Shown piece after piece: positions 25,892 to 28,844 of a DNA stretch of 28,844 nucleotides; within the stretch, counting starts at the first letter, position 1; each line of letters begins with the position of its first letter. Location: IMG/VR virus record IMGVR_UViG_3300020044_001147, positions 1 to 28,844 of that record. One strand, written 5' to 3'. Origin of the DNA: a virus (taxonomy: Duplodnaviria > Caudoviricetes). The notes below the pieces were generated by a model. That model searched no databases, was not told the origin of the DNA, and saw nothing but the letters and a program-made list of their open reading frames with translations. A program made the position numbers and the translations under genes.

Positions 25892-26844
25892 GGCTGCTCC
25901 TTGATGGTCAGCGTGGACTGGCGCACGCTGTAGGCTTCCTTGGCTGGCACCAGGCGCTCGGCTGCCGCCTTGTAGTTGCGCATGGGCCAGTTGATCACAA
26001 AACGGCCAGCTCGGCCACGCTCAGCCTGCCCCATCAGCTCTTTGATCTGCTTCTCAGCGTTGTCGATTGAAGCTTCGGCCTCTCTGACAACAGACTTGGC
26101 AGCCAGCAGTTGCTCGGCCAATTGCTCGGCCTGCGCGGCCAGTGATATCTCTTCCTTGGCCACAGCCTGCGGGTACATGCGGTCCATTTCCTTGCTAGTT
26201 TGTGGTGGGTACCAGTCGATGGCACCAGACTCGCGGTAGGTTTTCAGCTTGTGGTCAAAGGCCAGCACAGCTTTGATGATCTCCTTTTGGGTTTCATGGT
26301 GCGGTGCAAACAGAAACACGCGCAGCTCAATGCCTTGGTACAGCACGCAGACTGCGCCCCATCTGTGGCCAGTGATCAGCATCTGACCTTGCAGCTGGAT
26401 GGGGCCACGGGCAAGGTGTGGCACATCTTCTGGCATCATCTTGGTGAGCTTAGCTTCAAGCACGCCTGGGCCGCTGAGCACAATTGAATCTTGGCCAACC
26501 ACATACAGACCCTTGTCGGGGTCGGTGAAGATCTCCTGGCTAAGCCCAAAGCCAATGCCATCCAAGCTGCATGACAGGGGGATGGACTCATGGGTGTAGG
26601 CCTGCCCGATCTGGGTGTCATAGTCGGTGATCCCCAAGCGCTTGGCTGATTCGATTAAGATGACTGGCTCCAAGGTATTGCCCCAGCCCATGGCCTCATT
26701 ACCAATGTCGGGGCGCTCTTTGCCGTCAATGGCGTTGATGCTGAACTGCAGCTCTTCGTTGGGTGTGCTGTACTTGCTGAAACCCATGAGGCCGGGTAAG
26801 CGCGATGCGCTCATTGATTTGTCGTCGGTCAGTTTGCCTGCCAT
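25888..26844 (-). CDS. YqaJ-like (lambda Exo family) exonuclease
   Basis: Motifs SAS...MG.S.Y.TP, MGWGNTLEP, SCSLDG, LEAK and QLQGQM. AGGAG SD. Confidence 0.87.
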   Translation of the reverse strand: MAGKLTDDKSMSASRLPGLMGFSKYSTPNEELQFSINAIDGKERPDIGNEAMGWGNTLEPVILIESAKRLGITDYDTQIGQAYTHESIPLSCSLDGIGFGLSQEIFTDPDKGLYVVGQDSIVLSGPGVLEAKLTKMMPEDVPHLARGPIQLQGQMLITGHRWGAVCVLYQGIELRVFLFAPHHETQKEIIKAVLAFDHKLKTYRESGAIDWYPPQTSKEMDRMYPQAVAKEEISLAAQAEQLAEQLLAAKSVVREAEASIDNAEKQIKELMGQAERGRAGRFVINWPMRNYKAAAERLVPAKEAYSVRQSTLTIKEQP

Positions 26845-26847
26845 GAT

Positions 26848-27132
26848 TTACTCCTGTAGTTGATAAACGCGCACCACTCTGGCATGCGCTTGGGGGTGAT
26901 TGGCCTCAACAAGGCCAACCTTGACGAACTGCTTGGTGCGAAAGACCGCGCCCAAAACAGATGGGTGGAGGTGCGCAGGGATCTGAACCCGCTCGCGCAC
27001 ATCGTTGATGCTGACGCTGCCACGTTGGCGGCAGACCTCGGCTGCGACGACTCGGCACCGTGCCAAGAAGTCGGCATCGCGCTGCTCAAACAAGTCGAGC
27101 TGCGCATTCCGGATGATCTGGCCAACCTTCAT
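26848..27132 (-). CDS. Hypothetical protein (possible winged helix)
   Basis: 94-aa ORF coupled to its neighbours, containing VSINDVRE...PSVLGAVF. Confidence 0.65.
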   Translation of the reverse strand: MKVGQIIRNAQLDLFEQRDADFLARCRVVAAEVCRQRGSVSINDVRERVQIPAHLHPSVLGAVFRTKQFVKVGLVEANHPQAHARVVRVYQLQE

Positions 27133-27335
27133 ACGAAGATGATCACAACCAGCCCGATGGCTGCAACCACATACAAGACCATGTCGGCAGCTGCGGCTGC
27201 TCTGGTTTCAAGCGGGTGTACTGGGGGCAGCAGGGCACGCTGCAGGCGCAGCATGTCGGGGTCTGATTCTGGGGTCAGGGGAAGCTCATAGCATGAGCCG
27301 ATGATCAATTTGCCGGTGTTGATTTTTTTAGCCAT
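27129..27335 (-). CDS. Hypothetical protein with C-terminal TM helix
   Basis: TAAGGAG SD, 68 aa, hydrophobic C-terminus. Confidence 0.65.
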   Translation of the reverse strand: MAKKINTGKLIIGSCYELPLTPESDPDMLRLQRALLPPVHPLETRAAAAADMVLYVVAAIGLVVIIFV

Positions 27336-27345
27336 GGTTTACTCC

Positions 27346-27996
27346 TTAGATGCGTTTGAGAAGGTTGGACACTTGTGAGGCGTTCCAGTTGGTATTGCCG
27401 CGTGGTGTGGCCACGCCGCGTGCTTGCAGGGCTGCTGCGATATCGCGCATGGTATCTGCGCCAGACTTGGTGATGATGTCGCGCACAATGGGGCCAACGC
27501 GCACGGCATACTTGTCGGCCTTGGATTGGATCTTGGCCACACCAATGGCAGAGCCAATCTCTGGTGTGGGGCAGCCAAGGGTGCGGCCCTGTGCTTTGAC
27601 CTGCGCCAGCGCTGCCTTGGTGCGCTCGCTAATCTTGCGTGCTTCCCACTCAGCAAAGACGGCCATCATCTGAAGGAAGGTACGGTCGGCTTCGGGCATG
27701 TCGGCGCAAACAAAGGGCACGCCGGACTCAAGCAAGCCAGAGATGAAGTGCACATTGCGAGCCAGGCGATCCAACTTGGCTATCACCAGCATGGCCTTGG
27801 CCTTCTTGGCGGTTGCCAGGGCAGCAGCCAGCTGCTCGCGGTCGTTCTTGCGGCCAGACTCGACCTCGGTGAACTCGGCCACCAGCTCGGCGGTGCCGAT
27901 GTGCTTGGCCACAGCTGCACGCTGGGCATCAAGGCCGAGGCCAGACTGACCTTGGCGGTCGGTGGAAACGCGGTAGTAGGCAACAAATTTAGTCAT
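27346..27996 (-). CDS. Serine recombinase (resolvase catalytic domain + short C-terminal DNA-binding domain)
   Basis: YYRVST (catalytic Ser10), EVESG, AKLDRLARN and ISERTK motifs. AGGAG SD. Confidence 0.92.
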   Translation of the reverse strand: MTKFVAYYRVSTDRQGQSGLGLDAQRAAVAKHIGTAELVAEFTEVESGRKNDREQLAAALATAKKAKAMLVIAKLDRLARNVHFISGLLESGVPFVCADMPEADRTFLQMMAVFAEWEARKISERTKAALAQVKAQGRTLGCPTPEIGSAIGVAKIQSKADKYAVRVGPIVRDIITKSGADTMRDIAAALQARGVATPRGNTNWNASQVSNLLKRI

Positions 27997-28039
27997 GTTG
28001 AACTCCTGTAGGCTTTATCTGCCTGTTGAACATAAACGC

Positions 28040-28069
28040 ATCTTAGCACGGTTTGTATATCGCTTTGAA
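28040..28069 (-). promoter_or_regulatory. Putative leftward promoter (extended -10)
   Basis: On the - strand: TTCAAA, 18-nt spacer ending in TGc, then TAAGAT. Confidence 0.5.
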
Positions 28070-28150
28070 AGTACCTAAACCAAGTATTTTTTAAGGAGTT
28101 ACCCTAATACAACACATTTGGGTGGGTGGGTGGTATCAGGTAGATATACA
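28054..28150. promoter_or_regulatory. Inverted 8-bp boxes in the divergent control region
   Basis: TGTATATC (28054-28061) and GATATACA (28143-28150). The latter is part of GGTATC-N5-GATATA and overlaps a TACACT -10 candidate (28147-28152). Confidence 0.45.
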
Positions 28151-28160
28151 CTCAGCGCCC

Positions 28161-28355
28161 ATGAAACCTAAACTTAAACCTTTTCTTATGCGCTTGCACC
28201 CGGTAACGCGGGATTTGCTTGACAAGGCGGCTATTGACCAAGGCCGCAGCGTGTCATCCTTGATTGACCAGTGCGTGCGCGAGCAGTTACAGCCACGCTA
28301 CGGCGAGCTTCAGCCCCGGCTGCAGCGGTTTCTCTCCGGGGTGCGCCAGCCATGA
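28161..28355 (+). CDS. Arc-like ribbon-helix-helix transcriptional regulator
   Basis: KPFLMRLHPVTRDLLDKAAIDQGRSVSSLIDQCV parallels P22 Arc (PQFNLRWPREVLDLVRKVAEENGRSVNSEIYQRV). ATG 28161 has no SD and may be leaderless. Confidence 0.78.
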   Translation: MKPKLKPFLMRLHPVTRDLLDKAAIDQGRSVSSLIDQCVREQLQPRYGELQPRLQRFLSGVRQP

Positions 28356-28474
28356 CACCACAGGAAGCACACAAGTTGTTGGACAGGGTCAGAGATGGCC
28401 AGCTGGTGCCGCCGTACCTGATTGAGCTGGCGCTGGTGGCCACGGGCGACAAACATGCGGAGCTTGGGTTATGA
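28352..28474 (+). CDS. Small hypothetical protein (40 aa)
   Basis: ATGA overlaps at both ends. Translates as MTPQEAHKLLDRVRDGQLVPPYLIELALVATGDKHAELGL. Confidence 0.62.
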   Translation: MTPQEAHKLLDRVRDGQLVPPYLIELALVATGDKHAELGL

Positions 28475-28844
28475 ATGAAACCATCTTGGCGCTGGACCTG
28501 GGCACCACCACGGGCTGGGCTTGCAGGCCAATGGACGGCAGCATTGTGCATGGCTGGGCGAGCTTTAAGCCTGGCAGGTATGAGGGCGGCGGCATGCGCT
28601 ACCTGCGCTTTAAGCAGTGGCTCTCTGAGCTCAAGGGCACGGTTGGCGGTGAGCTGCAGGCCGTGTACTTTGAAGAGGTGCGCAGGCATGCCAGCACTGA
28701 CTCTGCGCATGTCTACGGTGGCTTGATGGCCACGCTGACCAGCTGGTGCGAGCACCACAAGATCCCTTACCAAGGCGTGCCGGTGGGCACAATCAAGAAG
28801 CATGCGACTGGCAAGGGCAACGCTGGCAAGCAAGACATGGTCGA
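28471..28844 (+). CDS. RuvC-like Holliday junction resolvase (3' truncated; not in ORF track)
   Basis: Manual translation gives MNETILALDLGTTTGWA...AVYFEEV...VPVGTIKKHATGKGNAGKQDM, matching the RuvC motifs. Confidence 0.85.
   Translation, partial: MNETILALDLGTTTGWACRPMDGSIVHGWASFKPGRYEGGGMRYLRFKQWLSELKGTVGGELQAVYFEEVRRHASTDSAHVYGGLMATLTSWCEHHKIPYQGVPVGTIKKHATGKGNAGKQDMV

Noticed and set aside
27339-28833. Overlapping track ORFs such as 27424-28011 +, 28231-28833 - and 28475-28726 +
   Set aside because: The recombinase, RHH and RuvC-like frames explain the region; these are GC-rich shadow ORFs.
1-28844. CRISPR array, tRNA/rRNA genes, introns/inteins, alternative genetic code
   Set aside because: No spaced repeats or cloverleafs seen. 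Core genes are uninterrupted, and all three standard stop codons terminate genes.

Overview
The window is a phage or prophage segment with podovirus organisation (T7/BPP-1-type gene order). The + strand (2-24798) carries the late operon: C-terminal terminase large subunit, pre-portal virion proteins, portal, scaffold, major capsid, tail tubular A and B, four putative internal (ejected) virion proteins, two tail-fibre genes, an HNH-like endonuclease, a tail assembly chaperone and a long lysis/membrane cassette ending in Rz, embedded Rz1 and a peptidase-M15A endolysin. A convergent - strand operon (24799-27996) encodes a serine recombinase, small hypotheticals, a YqaJ-like exonuclease and a RecT-like annealase. 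A divergent control region then leads to an Arc-like ribbon-helix-helix regulator and a partial RuvC-like gene. Spanins imply a Gram-negative host. The main finding is a 752-aa protein in the ejection cluster (12242-14500) that joins a PT-TG-like segment to an apparent HhH-GPD DNA glycosylase/AP-lyase domain with EndoIII-like Lys/Asp spacing, a candidate virion-delivered DNA-acting effector. The second is a structured RNA leader with two mirror-image 4x1 internal loops before the capsid gene. All family calls are by-eye motif recognition; no searches were run.
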